In this document: piece after piece, positions 39,646 to 53,520 of the stretch
How the letters are laid out: every line of letters begins with the position of its first letter
Position numbering within the stretch: position 1 is the first letter of the stretch
NCBI RefSeq assembly: GCF_001194135.2
Contig: NC_068992.1
Location: 47,213,763 to 47,277,762, forward strand
Length of the DNA: 64,000 bases
Source of the DNA: Octopus bimaculoides
Lineage: Eukaryota
Reading direction: 5' to 3'
The notes under the pieces: model-generated
What the model was told of the DNA's origin: nothing
Seen by the model: only the letters and a program-made list of their open reading frames with translations
Databases searched by the model: none
Position numbers and translations under genes: made by a program

Positions 39646-39991
39646 ATATGTATATGCGTATGCGGTATTTCAGTACGTTACTTTTTGTGTGGATGCGTAA
39701 ATCTTTCGTAAATGTGCACATAAATAAAAGTGTGTGTTTGTGTATGTGTGTGTGTTTATGTGTGTGTGTATGTGTGTGTGTAAGTATTTGTGTGCGCGCG
39801 CGCCTATATGTGTCTGTATATATGCGTTCTGAATGTTTATATACATATGTATGTATTTTTATGTAAGTATGTATGCATGTACATTTAAGCATACATACAC
39901 AGAGATATACATCTACAAATAAACACTAATCCACATACTTATATATACACGTACACACACACACACAGATATATATATACACATACATACT

Positions 39992-40028
<37 letters not shown>

Positions 40029-40631
40029 NNNNNNNNNNNNNNNNNNNNNNNNNNNNNNNNNNNNNNNNNNNNNNNNNNNNNNNNNNNNNNNNNNNNNNNN
40101 NNNNNNNNNNNNNNNNNNNNNNNNNNNNNNNNNNNNNNNNNNNNNNNNNNNNNNNNNNNNNNNNNNNNNNNNNNNNNNNNNNNNNNNNNNNNNNNNNNNN
40201 NNNNNNNNNNNNNNNNNNNNNNNNNNNNNNNNNNNNNNNNNNNNNNNNNNNNNNNNNNNNNNNNNNNNNNNNNNNNNNNNNNNNNNNNNNNNNNNNNNNN
40301 NNNNNNNNNNNNNNNNNNNNNNNNNNNNNNNNNNNNNNNNNNNNNNNNNNNNNNNNNNNNNNNNNNNNNNNNNNNNNNNNNNNNNNNNNNNNNNNNNNNN
40401 NNNNNNNNNNNNNNNNNNNNNNNNNNNNNNNNNNNNNNNNNNNNNNNNNNNNNNNNNNNNNNNNNNNNNNNNNNNNNNNNNNNNNNNNNNNNNNNNNNNN
40501 NNNNNNNNNNNNNNNNNNNNNNNNNNNNNNNNNNNNNNNNNNNNNNNNNNNNNNNNNNNNNNNNNNNNNNNNNNNNNNNNNNNNNNNNNNNNNNNNNNNN
40601 NNNNNNNNNNNNNNNNNNNNNNNNNNNNNNN

Positions 40632-40664
<33 letters not shown>

Positions 40665-40927
40665 CTCTCTCTCTCTCTCTATCTATTTATCCTATCTCAT
40701 TCACTCTCGCTCTCTCTCCATATCTTGTTCTGTCTCCATATCTTGTTCTGTCTCCATATCTCACTCTCTCTCCATCTCTCGCTCACTCTCTCTTTCTTTC
40801 TTACACCTTATCTCTTTATTTTTCTATTTTTCTCTCTCTCTCTCTTTATCTATCTGTCTATCTATCTATATTTAGCTCTTTCACTCGCTTATTCTCTCAT
40901 TCCCACTCTCATATGTGAGTGTTCGTT

Positions 40928-40962
<35 letters not shown>

Positions 40963-42465
40963 GCACATACATATGTATATATAAATACATATATATATAC
41001 ATACATGTATGTATGTATGTATGTGTATAGATAGATATATATATATATATATATATAATAAATATACGTGTATATATGAAAGTGTAAGTAGTGGGAAGGA
41101 AGGAACTGTTAGGTAGATATATGTACTGCTTCTTTCTATCTCTCTTCTGCCCTTCGTTTTTCCTTTTTCCCTCCAACCTTGACCCGTTACTATAAACATC
41201 AGAAAATTTATTATATTGATAGTTGAAATAAATGAAAATTCATTGTAAAGAAAGTGCATATTCTGTTGGTGGTGTTAGTGTTAGTCGAAGTGGTAGTTGT
41301 GGCGCTAAGACTATGAGGTATGTAGCAACGCCATTCCAGATGTGCACATGCTGTGAAGTTATAAGTTTAGACAGCATCTGAAATGAAAAGCTCTGGGATT
41401 AGTTTCAGATATCTAGACTATTAACCTCACCTTTATATTTCTTATTTGTCTCTTCATTTCGCGTCAATGGAGGATGTACGTGTACATATAAGTTCTCTAT
41501 TTAGATTTAGATAACTCCTAATACCCGAAATTTATGTACGCGTAAAATGGAAGAACAGTGAACCAAGTGTTGTTCATACCTTATATTCTATCTAAAATAG
41601 TTTCTCCTATCCTTCTTTGCATTATTATTTTTGATAATAATTGGTAATATGGATATAATTTCTATTGTACCAGAAATATTTGCCTCACTAACATGCGTAT
41701 ACTTGCCTGGTTTTAGTATATATACACACCGCTCCTCGTTCGCGGATAGATTAAAAACACATTTGCAAAATCCATTTAGCCGTATGAAATATCATATACC
41801 ACTAAGTATTGTCGACTATTGCCCTGGAATCTCTTTAAGATGAACCTGGTACGCAAAACAGGAAGGAAAACTGGATGTTGAAGAATACTTGTTGTAACGG
41901 TAGCTCAATGGTAGCGTTTGATTGGTTGAATATATGGATGATGATATAACATAAGCTTGTAATTAGCTATCATACATACAAAACATAGAAAAATACAGGC
42001 AAGGCGAAAAGTAAATGGGAAACGCTGTCGTTAACAATATTCAGAAATTAGTGAAGATAAGTGTACCTGGGATATATCTGTCACTGATGGAGGAGGAATG
42101 ATGGCGTGCAGGAGTGTTGAAAGAGGGAAGACTCGCTGAAATACACATAGTCCAAAAATAAATTCAGCAGTCAAGTACCAGAACATAAAAAAAGAATCCA
42201 ATGTTGATACGTAACGCAAGAGTCATAATACGCAGTGCGGCGTGCAACAGCAACTGTAAAGAATGCAATGCTGGAAGGACGCCTCACAAACGGTGGACAC
42301 CAAAACCAGAACAACCACTGTAGGACGTTGAATAGGATTACAATGGGCACTAGAAATGGGCTTAGAGATTCATACTTTGGATGAAGACTTAGTACCTGTG
42401 TGACACCAATACTTTTTAAAATAATATATATTGAATATACAGGCGTATAATATATATTGAATATA

Positions 42466-42715
42466 CTGTGTGGTAAGTAGCTTGCTTACGAACCACATGG
42501 TTCCAGGTTCAGTCCCACTGCGTAGCACCTTGGGCAAGTGTCTTCTACTGTAGCCTCGCGGCGACCAAAGATCGTGAGTGGATTTGGTAGCCGGAAGCTG
42601 AAAGAAGCCTGTCGTATATATATGTATATATATATTTATGTGTGTGTGTGTCTCTAGCATGACCACAATCCACTGGCTAAAACATGTTAAAAACAAAACG
42701 AAGATAAAGATAAGT
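42466..42715 (+). mobile_element. Family B SINE, 5' two-thirds
   Basis: CTGTGTGGTAAGTAGCTTGCTTACGAACCACATGGTTCCAGGTTCAGTCCCACTGCGTAGCACCTTGGGCAAGTGTCTTCTACT is close to the reverse complement of 33200-33350 and includes the CORE hallmark CCTTGGGCAAGT. Confidence 0.88.
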
Positions 42716-43504
42716 GCACTTTCGTATGTATTTGTACATATATATGTGTATTCATACATACATACATGCATACATACATACACACACATATGGATGGATG
42801 GATGGATGGATGGATGGATGGGTAGGTAGATGGTTGGATTGATGGGTAGGTGGGTGGATGGATGGATGGTAATTGGGTATGTGTACAAGTATATGTTTCT
42901 TATTTTTCGTATAACTGTATGGAATACGACTAAACCTAACAACCTCACAAATTACAATTCACACATCCTTCACACATTTTTACTAGATTCTTTAAAACAT
43001 TTTCTGAATATCTTCATTACTTACAACGTAACACAAACTGATGCAGTACACAAAATGTAAACAACCTTCACAAGCAAACCAAATACGTTTACGTGCTCTT
43101 TAGCTTTCGTCTTGTTCGATTTTGTTATGCTTTTGTTTCACATTTACCCGCAATTAAATATGTAACAATGAATTTATCCATAATCCGTCAAGTATGTATT
43201 CACCCATTTCCGTAATCCTTGGAATAGAATTTCTCTCATGAACTCTGCGCGGCCACTAATAATGTAGAAATAATTCATTGTCAATTTTTCGTGAAGCACA
43301 GCATTTCGCAGGGAGAAACTCGGCAAAATATGGCATCTCACTCAAAATGCTTTCTTTTTCTGTATTAAAAGCCTATTTCTATATTAAAAGCCTATGTAAG
43401 TGCTGCAATAATTATGCCCGAAAATCTAAAGCTATAATCTGTGTAGGGTAAGGGCAGATATTTTATTGGTTTAGCGTAGATATTTTGTTCATTAATAATC
43501 CGTT

Positions 43505-43705
43505 ACAGTGGTGAGTTGGCAGAAACGTTAGCACGCCGGGCAAAGTGCTTAGCGGCATTTCGTCACTCTTTACGTTCTGAGTTCAAATTCCGCCCAGACC
43601 GACTTTCCTTTTAATCCTTCCGATGTCGATGAAATAAGTACCAGTTGAGTCGATGTGACCCAGTAACCCAAAATTGCTGGCTTTGTGCCAAAATTTGAAA
43701 TCAGT
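43505..43705 (+). mobile_element. Family A SINE
   Basis: GGTGAGTTGGCAGAAACGTTAGCACGCCGGGCAAAGTGCTTAGCGGCATTTCGTC..TTCTGAGTTCAAATTCCGCC (B-box-like) ..AATAAGTACCAGTT. Confidence 0.88.
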
Positions 43706-44159
43706 ATGCTAATATCGTCTGGGAAACTTGTTGCTATTTTATATATATATAAGTGTTCGGGTATTTATATATGTGTGTCCGCAAATACAGTATATCTGTA
43801 CAATATTAGTATGAGAACGTATCCGTTTCATTATACATATTTCATAACTGTCATGTAATATGGCTGTACGATTACAACTTCACAGAAAATAATTTTCACA
43901 TCGAGGTTATGCATACATTAGAAATGTGTGCATGTAATTATTAGAAATGTCTACGTATATATAATCACTTTCAATGTTTTGTGTATATGTTTGCCAATAT
44001 GTATAAATCTTGTCTGTCATTAAACGTTCAGCATCTAATGAGAAAAGTTGATGCTATTAAAATATCCCATTTGGCAAAATTCTGACAAGGTAACACCAAC
44101 ATACTTTTGACCTCACCATATGGAAGTATCAGTAGAATAACTCGTCGTTATAACATTGA

Positions 44160-44365
44160 TTTTCAATTTTCGCACAAGGCCAGTGGGTATCAGACAATTA
44201 CATTGGCCAGTGGGTATCAGACAATTACATTGGTCCCAAAGCTCAACTGGTACTTATTTTATCGACACTTAACTTAGGGAATTTGAACTGAGATCGTAGA
44301 GATTGACGAAATGCCGCTAAGCATATTGATCATTGCAGTAACGGTTCTGCTATTTCTCTGCCTTA
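44160..44365 (-). mobile_element. Family A SINE with an internal 27-bp tandem duplication
   Basis: GCACAAGGCCAG..CAACTGGTACTTATTTTATCGAC..GGAATTTGAACT..GAAATGCCGCTAAGCAT. Confidence 0.8.
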
Positions 44366-44384
44366 GTCAATCATTGTAATATTG

Positions 44385-44580
44385 ATTTCAGATTTTAGCA
44401 CAAAGTCACAAATTTCAAGGAAGGTGGGTACTTATCAACAGGTACTTATTTTATCGACACCGAAATGATGAAAGGCAAAGAAGACGCGGCAGCATTTGAA
44501 CTCAGATGGTAAAGTCGGAAGAAATACCGCTAAGCATTTTCGTCTGGTGCGCTAATGATTTGGCTAGCTGACCGCCTTAC
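44385..44580 (-). mobile_element. Family A SINE
   Basis: GGTACTTATTTTATCGACACCGAAATGATGAAAGGCAAAGAAGACGCGGCAGCATTTGAACTCAGA..GAAATACCGCTAAGCATTT. Confidence 0.82.
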
Positions 44581-45144
44581 TTACCGTTATATTATAAAAT
44601 ATAATAATGTAATATGGAAACAAAAAATTATATCAAAAATGCAGAACAAGATTGGAAGTGCGCAGTGTTGGACTAAATACTTTTCTAGATTCTGAATTTC
44701 ATCTAAATTCCCTTTTCATCGTCTGAACATCTGTGCATGTGGAGGCGTCATATGACAGCAAAACTTTAGGCAATTTGGAGCTTACTCGAGCTCTTCTCAA
44801 ATATATAAGACACTAACCGAATGCTTTCAGTACTATTTTGATTTCTTCATTCAGTGATGCATCTATTTATTTATCTATCTCTTCATAAATATATATGAGT
44901 GTGTCTGTGCGTGTCTGTGTGTTTGTGTGTGTATATATATTGAGAGAGAGAGATGTATCTTTGTACATCTATACATACTCATAGGAATACATATGTGTGT
45001 ATGTGTGTATGTGTAAGTGTATACATTTGTGTGTGCATATATGAGTGTGTGTGTTCAGTACATAATACAAAAAAATATGGGCTTTCATTTAGCATTGGTT
45101 CCCTAATATTTACAAAGAAAGAAAAATGTAATTGAATTATTTCA

Positions 45145-45188
<44 letters not shown>

Positions 45189-45189
45189 G

Positions 45190-45194
<5 letters not shown>

Positions 45195-45280
<86 letters not shown>
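45195..45280. repeat. (TA)n microsatellite within a compound CA/TA tract
   Basis: Direct reading. Confidence 0.96.
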
Positions 45281-45284
<4 letters not shown>

Positions 45285-45577
45285 ATATACAAGTATGTAA
45301 TATATATGTATATGTATGCCTGTATATATATATTTACATATATATGTGTGTGTGTGTGTGCATATATATATATATATGTCACACATAGTTATCACATATA
45401 CACTAGCACACTATAGACAGACAAATAATTTGTCGGTTGTTGAAAGCTAAATTTTCATCTCCATTGTATGTTGGTTCCTCTATTTATATTTATCCTACGT
45501 ATGTCTATATATGTGTGATGTTTGCCTGTCCGTATTTGTGTTTGTCTGTCTGCATATGTGGTTATGTCTATATGATA

Positions 45578-45647
<70 letters not shown>

Positions 45648-45934
45648 GTGTGTGTGTGAGTGTCGGTGTTGTGGTGTGTCTGTGTCTGTGTGTTGGTGTG
45701 TCTGTTTTTATTTGTTTAAATGTCTATTTGGTTGTGTGATTATATCTGTTTTTAATACCGAACGGGAAATGAAGTATTCAATAAAAGAAAGGAGTGCGAT
45801 TGTTTATCTAGATCGATCCCTTAGTCTATTACTCTTAGTCTTAACTGATGTGTCGTTGGCAGTGTTCTTTCTCCCCGAAGAACTGCCCGCACGAGGAAAC
45901 ACCAAAGTGACGGGACAATAGATTGGTCTAAATA

Positions 45935-46146
45935 TATTCTTTTGCACTGTAGGCACAATGCCTGAAATGTTTGGGGGAGTGGACCAGTCGATTAGATCGG
46001 ACCAGTACGCAACTGGTACTTAATTTATCGACCCCGAAAGGATGAAGTCGATCTCGGCTGAATTTGGAATCAGAACGTAAAGACAGACGAAATACCGCTA
46101 AGCATTTCACCCGGCGTTCTAACGTCTCTGCCAGCTCACCGCCTTA
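45935..46146 (-). mobile_element. tRNA-derived SINE, family A, full length
   Basis: AACTGGTACTTAATTTATCGACCCCGAAAGGATGAAGTCGATCTCGGCTGAATTTGGAATCAGAACGTAAAGACAGACGAAATACCGCTAAGCATTTCACCCGGCG..TCTGCCAGCTCACCGCC; the same blocks recur in more than 10 copies in the window. Confidence 0.88.
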
Positions 46147-46209
46147 TTGGCCCAAATATATTACGTGCGTGCGTGTGTAAGGAATCCAACCACAGTAATT
46201 TACCATTTG

Positions 46210-46400
46210 AACGCTTGGTAAAATGCTCGATGGCATTTCATCTGTCCTTTTGTTCTGATTTCAGATTCTGCCGAAGTCGAGTTTGCCTTTCATCCTTTTC
46301 GGGTTGTTAAAATAATTACCTGTTAAACACTAGGGCTGATGTAATCGACTTGCCCTCCCCACGAGTTTGCTGGCCTTGGACTAAAATTTGAAACCAATAT
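46210..46400 (+). mobile_element. Family A SINE
   Basis: AAATGCTCGATGGCATTTCATCTG..TTCAGATTCTGCCGAAGTCGAGTTTGCCTTTCATCCTTTTCGGG..ATGTAATCGACTT..TGCTGGCCTTGGACTAAAATTTGAAACC. Confidence 0.82.
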
Positions 46401-48894
46401 TAGATACTAATTGTTGTAAAAATTCAGTGAACATGCCGAAGTCGCAATGCTACTGTGTTTGAACTAGCACTTTCTTGTTTCCTAAAAATGACTAAAATAT
46501 GTTGTGGAGAGTGGTTATAGTGAATTCGTAAGAAGAAAATCTCAATTACTTGACAGGTGTCTAATTTAATGGCATTGAATTATAAATGTTGACTCTGAGA
46601 ATATCTCATTTGGGAAGCTAGAAAAATGAGACTGAATATTGTAAAAAAAAAAATATCTGACGCTCTGTTGTTTGCGTAACTCCAACGTTCTCCTCATGTA
46701 GAATGTTTATTGATTTCTTGCTAATGCACAAGGCCACTTACGTTTGATCTGATTACATCACTGATACTCATGTTAGGAGGAGGAGGATCTCAACAAAATC
46801 ACAAGACACAGCATAAAATGTTGACTGCAAGGCATTCAGTCGGTGGCTCTGTCATCTCAGCGGTTCACTTGACCGCTGCAAATCCGCTCACACGTCATCA
46901 TTTATCTTCTGTTGCGCCGGGCGTCAGGCTGAAATGTTTCAAACACAATTTACAGATATTTCTGTATAGTTTCTCATTGAAATTACATGAATCTCAGATT
47001 TCACTTAACGCCCCTGACACATAAATTGACACCATCACCGTCGTAACAATCACATTGTTTCTATCACTGTTTGCGCTTATAATGAAGAATGTGTAAATCT
47101 TTATATGAACGACAGTAGCTCGAGGTGTTAACACTTTAAATTGGTAGTAATTTCAAGTTCCACAAACACTTCAATACTTCACTACTTGATATACCTTAAT
47201 TAACAAATTAAAGCAACCAAATCTCAGTTGCCAATATAACCTGTAATGCAGTTTGTTGCAGAAATTTAGTTGTTGCGCATATGCTACAAATAATGCAGCT
47301 TTTCAGTTGTATAATTGGGTAAAAGACATTTTTGGATAGCTCTAAAAATTACCAAAACTGAATTATAAAATCTTCAAACCCGACAAATCTACGTATGTAT
47401 ACGTAACATTCCTCCCTATATGTCAGCCTAAACGTTTTTTTCTTCTTTATATTTCTCCCAAGTACAGATCTGTACAAAAATTCGGACAATTCTAGATGTA
47501 AATCATTATTTCCAAATATGTCAAAAAATATTAAGTGTTATGTGCAAAAAATTATCTTCCTGATATTTAACTCTTCAGAAGAAAATTTAACACGCTTGAC
47601 CATACTGGTTTCTGAGGACTAGATCGCGCTGATCAGAAATAATACTAGAATTGTCTGTGATGTCAGAAATACGTTATTTCTGCGTATCAGTCAAATATTT
47701 TTTTATTTGTTAAGCAGTTATTCTCGCTTTGGTAAGTTGATTCGGCTGAAACCGGATGCTAAATAACTTTTTGTAAATATCTGTCAAGTGTAAAAAATAT
47801 AAAAAAATATCCGTTATACTCACATTTTTTTACATTTCGCGGATCAAACTTTTCCTCGTACCACAGTTTTCTTCGAGATTAAGGCAGTTCCAAAACCGTT
47901 TCTGCTGCACCTCACAAAATTTAATCATCTGCTGTTGCAAAACTTCATTTGTTCTGGGAATTACATTAAATTTGTGACCGCAAGTTACAAAACAATCCCC
48001 TAAATTTGCACTTTCCACAGTGATTGCAACGTCGTAAATTTTTATCGACAACAGTAGAGCAAACAAATGAAATTTTACTACTGCAGTCTCATTTTCTCTA
48101 TCACTTACTATATGAAACAATTAATATTTCCGTCTCAAACGATTTTCCAGAAGGCATTAACGGTGCGAATTACAACACGGTGTCCTACTTCGACTCCAGA
48201 GACTTTATAATTACCGTATTTAGATGTATAGCGAATATTTAAGAAAATTCGCTACACGAAGGTGAAAAGGACTAGAGGTTGTTAAATAGTGAGGTTAAAA
48301 GGGACATAACGTATAGAGAAATACGTTCAAACTTGCTTCAAATGAGGATCAGGATATCGTTTCTTTAAATACATAAAGTTTATTACTACTTACTCATTAA
48401 ACAGAGTGATGAGGTTAATGGCGAGTTCCTTAAAGCAATGATTCTGACACTCCAAGAGAGCCGAGGGATATTGTGTATTATTCACGTACACTTTTAGTGG
48501 TTGCTTTTTAGATAGTCATGCCATCGGAGAATACAAATATAAAATCATACCGATAAACTGAATTGTGTCAGGAAGCGTATTCCATGTTCGAGATTTTAGA
48601 CAACTCTTTTCGAAGATTAGTCTGCTGATTAGTCTGTCATTATCTGCCCCCCGCCCTCATTCTGACCCACCTCTCATGTCATTCACATGCGTACATGTAC
48701 AAACATGTGTGCGTGTATATGTGCGCGTGTGGACTCGTGCGTGCTTAGGTGCGTATATAAGTATTATATTGTAGAATGTAAGGAGCAGCTTATAATCAAA
48801 CAAGAAAACTGGCCTGAACACATAAGGTGTCTCTAAACGCACCGAATAACTCTTTTAGGCTATCATTTATGAACCGGAGCAGTCTCCTCGTCTC

Positions 48895-48985
48895 ATCTAG
48901 AGACTTTAATCGACTGAAAGCTATGGTAGAAAACACTTGTCCCAACTGTCTCGCGGTGGAATTGAACCCAAAACTTCGTCGTACA
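48895..48985 (-). mobile_element. Diverged family B SINE head fragment
   Basis: GCTATGGTAGAAAACACTTGTCCCAAC..CGCGGTGGAATTGAACCC resembles 33260-33315. Confidence 0.6.
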
Positions 48986-49235
48986 CATGAAATGAATATC
49001 TGAATCATACAGTCAGGATGTATGTGGAAATGTGCAGTAAATGGCAATCTATATATACATATATACGTACATAGCAACATATATATATATATATATATAT
49101 GGGTCTGTGTGTGTGCACTGCTGTGTATATATGTATATATATATTCATGTGTGCGTATATGATTGCGTGTATGTATGCATGAACTTATATGTATGTATAT
49201 GTATAGACAGACAGACAAGCAGACGGACAAATACG

Positions 49236-49236
<1 letters not shown>

Positions 49237-49293
<57 letters not shown>
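49237..49293. repeat. (GATA)n tetranucleotide microsatellite
   Basis: Direct reading. Confidence 0.96.
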
Positions 49294-49295
<2 letters not shown>

Positions 49296-50505
49296 ACGTG
49301 TTACTACAGAAATACTAAGGGAGGCATACATAAACAAACATCTACTCTGAGAAATATAATACATTGAAGATTTTTAATAGAAAAAACTTACCTATTTACG
49401 TTTAGATATTTCATAAAAGGAAAAAACTTTCTTGAAGGAGAACTCTCTAAATAGGAGACCATGTTTTGTATTACTCTCCGTTTGTCTTCTTTTGTCTTCG
49501 TTTGTGTTGCCTCAATAAATTTATTTCTCTCAAATATGTTACTAAGCATTAACTATGATGAAAATCGTTTTTTGTCATTCTGATGCCAAACTGGCTTTAG
49601 CTATTGTAGGTTTTTCTATATACCACAGAGAGTTACCATAACAACATTTATCTGCAATACTTTGGAAATGTAGCAATATGAAAACCGATGAAACGCTTTC
49701 TTAAACCCTTTAAGAATACCGTTAGATTTTGCATAAATACATATGCACATATATATTTTTATACACACACACACATATATATATAAAGAGAGAGAATGGG
49801 AGGGGAAGGAAGAAAGAGAGAGAGAGAGAGAGATACATACATACATACATACATTGTTTTTTTATATAGTCTCATATACAATGGTTTTAATTCTAGATTC
49901 TCTTTGTATTATTTTCTCTTCTTTGAAAGAAAAATAGCATTTTCATACGTACTGGTGGAATATATTGGTTGCCTAAAGAAGATTGGGAAGACAGATATTT
50001 TTGAATGACTTTCTAAATTCTAAGAGTATAGAAATATCGTTTCAGGTTTGTTTCGCGAGGTATGTGACTGGTTTATATTAAACCATTGTAACACAGGCTT
50101 TGTCCTACAATTCAATATGCATAAATATAAAATATGTTAAAGATACATGGGCATTTAATTTTGATTCTATAAGACAGCTTAAATATCTTTCATTAGCATT
50201 TGGCATTATTTAACGTTACTTACATCATGAACATACATCGAATGAAAAGATACAACTATTATGTATAATATAAATGCATCCGTTTCCAATCAGCTAGATT
50301 CACAATATTTTCTTGCGTAGACTTTTTTAATGCATTATTCAATCGTACCAAACAATAAACTCTGAATTGTTAGCTCACCCTTGTGGAAATACCAGTCAAA
50401 TTTTCTTCAAACCTTACCTATCTTTAAAAAAAAATAGGACACATTATAATATCACTGGATAAGAGATGGAACAATTAGGGCTCGGAAATCTGTAGTCATG
50501 TAAGG

Positions 50506-51377
50506 TTGGGCTCAGTACAGATAATCGGTGGCACGACAATGCCGCCAGCTATTCTTGTTCGACGCATATGACATGTTTAATGTAATATGCTTCGGCGATA
50601 TATACGACATATGCGAACGGTCGGTCACACTTATAAACATACCACGCATATACACAAACACTGACACACACTCACACATTCACACATAAGTAGGCACTCA
50701 CGCTCAGATACGCTTCACTATGTTACCTTAAATCTCTCCCACAAACGTACACATGCACACATGCCTACACATACACACTCTTATATATATAGACAAACAC
50801 AGACGCATACACGGATACAGATATATATATATATATATATANNNNNNNNNNNNNNNNNNNNNNNNNNNNNNNNNNNNNNNNNNNNNNNNNNNNNNNNNNN
50901 NNNNNNNNNNNNNNNNNNNNNNNNNNNNNNNNNNNNNNNNNNNNNNNNNNNNNNNNNNNNNNNNNNNNNNNNNNNNNNNNNNNNNNNNNNNNNNNNNNNN
51001 NNNNNNNNNNNNNNNNNNNNNNNNNNNNNNNNNNNNNNNNNNNNNNNNNNNNNNNNNNNNNNNNNNNNNNNNNNNNNNNNNNNNNNNTTGGGCTCAGTAC
51101 AGATAATCGGTGGCACGACAATGCCGCCAGCTATTCTTGTTCGACGCATATGACATGTTTAATGTAATATGCTTCGGCGATATATACGACATATGCGAAC
51201 GGTCGGTCACACTTATAAACATACCACGCATATACACAAACACTGACACACACTCACACATTCACACATAAGTAGGCACTCACGCTCAGATACGCTTCAC
51301 TATGTTACCTTAAATCTCTCCCACAAACGTACACATGCACACATGCCTACACATACACACTCTTATATATATAGACA
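50506..51377 (+). repeat. 290-bp exact direct duplication (50506-50795 and 51088-51377) flanking an N-gap
   Basis: Both copies run from TTGGGCTCAGTACAG to TTATATATATAGACA with no difference seen; the second copy starts immediately after the gap. Confidence 0.9.
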
Positions 51378-51892
51378 GAGTAAGAGGGAAGCAGATATGT
51401 ATGTAGGTTATTACAGAGGGAGCTAGTAGGTAGGCAGGTAGCGAGGTACGCATGTAGTTAGGTAGATAGATATGTGTGTATATATGTGTGCATTGGCTCC
51501 TCTTTCAGAACGAATAAAAAATAGTTTCATATGCGTGTGCGTGTGATTGTGCATGTGTGTATAAGCATGCACCTGAGTGTAAATAAGTTATTGTATGCAA
51601 TGTATTCTGTGTTCGTAGTAATGTATGTAATTATGTACGCAAGCATGAATAAATGGAATTAAATCTGGCTATAGAAATACATCATTAATGACGACATAAA
51701 ACGTGTATGTGTGTGTGTGTGTGTGTTTGCATTTAAATTAGGTGTGATTGTGCATGGGTATATATCTGTTTGAGCGTAGAATATAATTGTATGAACATAT
51801 ACACATTACAATATATATATATATAATGTGTGTGTGTGTGTGTGTGTACACATATATAAATATGTATACACACACACATATATATATACATA

Positions 51893-51934
<42 letters not shown>

Positions 51935-52321
51935 TAGATAGATAGATAGACACAACTATATCCGATGTGGGAGGGAAGTGTAATTCTCATATATATTGGC
52001 TGTTAATTTCCTGTGCAATATTCTCTGTAGTCCAGACAGACAATACAGGCAGGTGTACAGCTGACTACCCAACACAGCCAAAGTTCTTTCATTCTTCTCA
52101 ACTACTTCGACAATTTAAATTTAGAGCACACAGCCATTCTTAAAGTAGTTCACATTCTATCGTTCTCCACTCCATCGTTCTCTGCATCTTTTTCTCTCAA
52201 TATATATAATCTATCGCTCACAATTCTCTCTCTCTCTCCCTCTCTCTGTCTCTCTCCCCTCTCTGTCTCTCTCACTTTTTCTGTATCTCTAACTCTCTTT
52301 CTCCCTCGCTGCTCTTCACAC

Positions 52322-52356
<35 letters not shown>

Positions 52357-52595
52357 CTTTCATTTCAAACATTCAACATACTGCTCCACCCCTCTTACGC
52401 TTTATCTGTCTCTCTTTGTCTGTGTCTCTATCTATCTATCTATATATATATATATATATATATTCCTATATAAATATGTGTGTGTGCGTGTGTATGTGTA
52501 TATATTTATATATATGTATATATATACATATATACATATATATAATATTTACATATATATATATATATATAGATAGATAGTTAGATAGATAGATA

Positions 52596-52635
<40 letters not shown>

Positions 52636-53429
52636 TATATGTATATATATTCTTTTCTTCCTTACTTTGACTATATATTTATCCATTTCGTACGCTCTTT
52701 GTCATTATCTATCCAAGCATTTCTCTCTTATTTCTCTGCAATTTTTCAGCAGTTATCTGTGTCTCACACGCTCTTTCTCCCCCTTTCTCTCTCCTTCTCT
52801 CTCCCTCTCACTTTCAATGTCGCCCCCTCTCTCTATCCCTCCATCTCTAACTCTGCCTTTCTCTCTCTCACCTTATTACCTTTTCTCCAAAACTATTCTT
52901 CTCGCTCTTTCTCATGTAAGATTTAACAACAACACTTTCTATCTTACTAAAATGTTCTCTCTTGCCATATGTACCACTCTCTCACCCTGTCTCACAAATT
53001 TTGAAGCTTTGAATCCTATAGCTAATTAGCTTCTCCAGTTAAATAGCTTAGAACAAAGTTATTTAGTTGGATGAACTAACTAACAGACTAATTGTATCTT
53101 ATGTTTATCAATATATATACGAATAACTACCATTCATACAAGGATATAAATATATGTATATCTGAAGCATTAGATTTATGTCGGGATCTTTATACGTTTC
53201 AGTTCCCAACTAGGTAGTTCCGTTTTAGATTCAGCTGATTTCTAGTATAGACTTGGGCATATGATTGTCTGTCTATCTATCTATCTATCTATCTATCTAT
53301 TTATCTGTATAGATATATATACATACACACAAAGATATAAACTTACATATATATAGACACACACATTCACGCGTAAATATACCTACGTTTATCTATCTAT
53401 CTGTATCTATTTGTATATATATATATATA

Positions 53430-53520
<91 letters not shown>

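Noticed and set aside
40716-40760. 18-bp unit CTCCATATCTTGTTCTGT repeated 2.5 times
   Set aside because: This is ordinary slippage within a CT-rich low-complexity tract.
42180-42370. Possible RTE 3' end (VRRATATVKNAMLEGRL)
   Set aside because: The resemblance is too weak to call without a profile search.
43505-46400. Recurrent GGTACTTATTTTATCGAC blocks as a CRISPR-like array
   Set aside because: Spacing is irregular, both orientations occur and each block sits inside a SINE copy in a eukaryotic context.
47830-48120. 96-aa minus ORF with a nearby AAT|GTGAGT donor
   Set aside because: The ORF stops just before the donor, other frames are closed and no homology was recognised.
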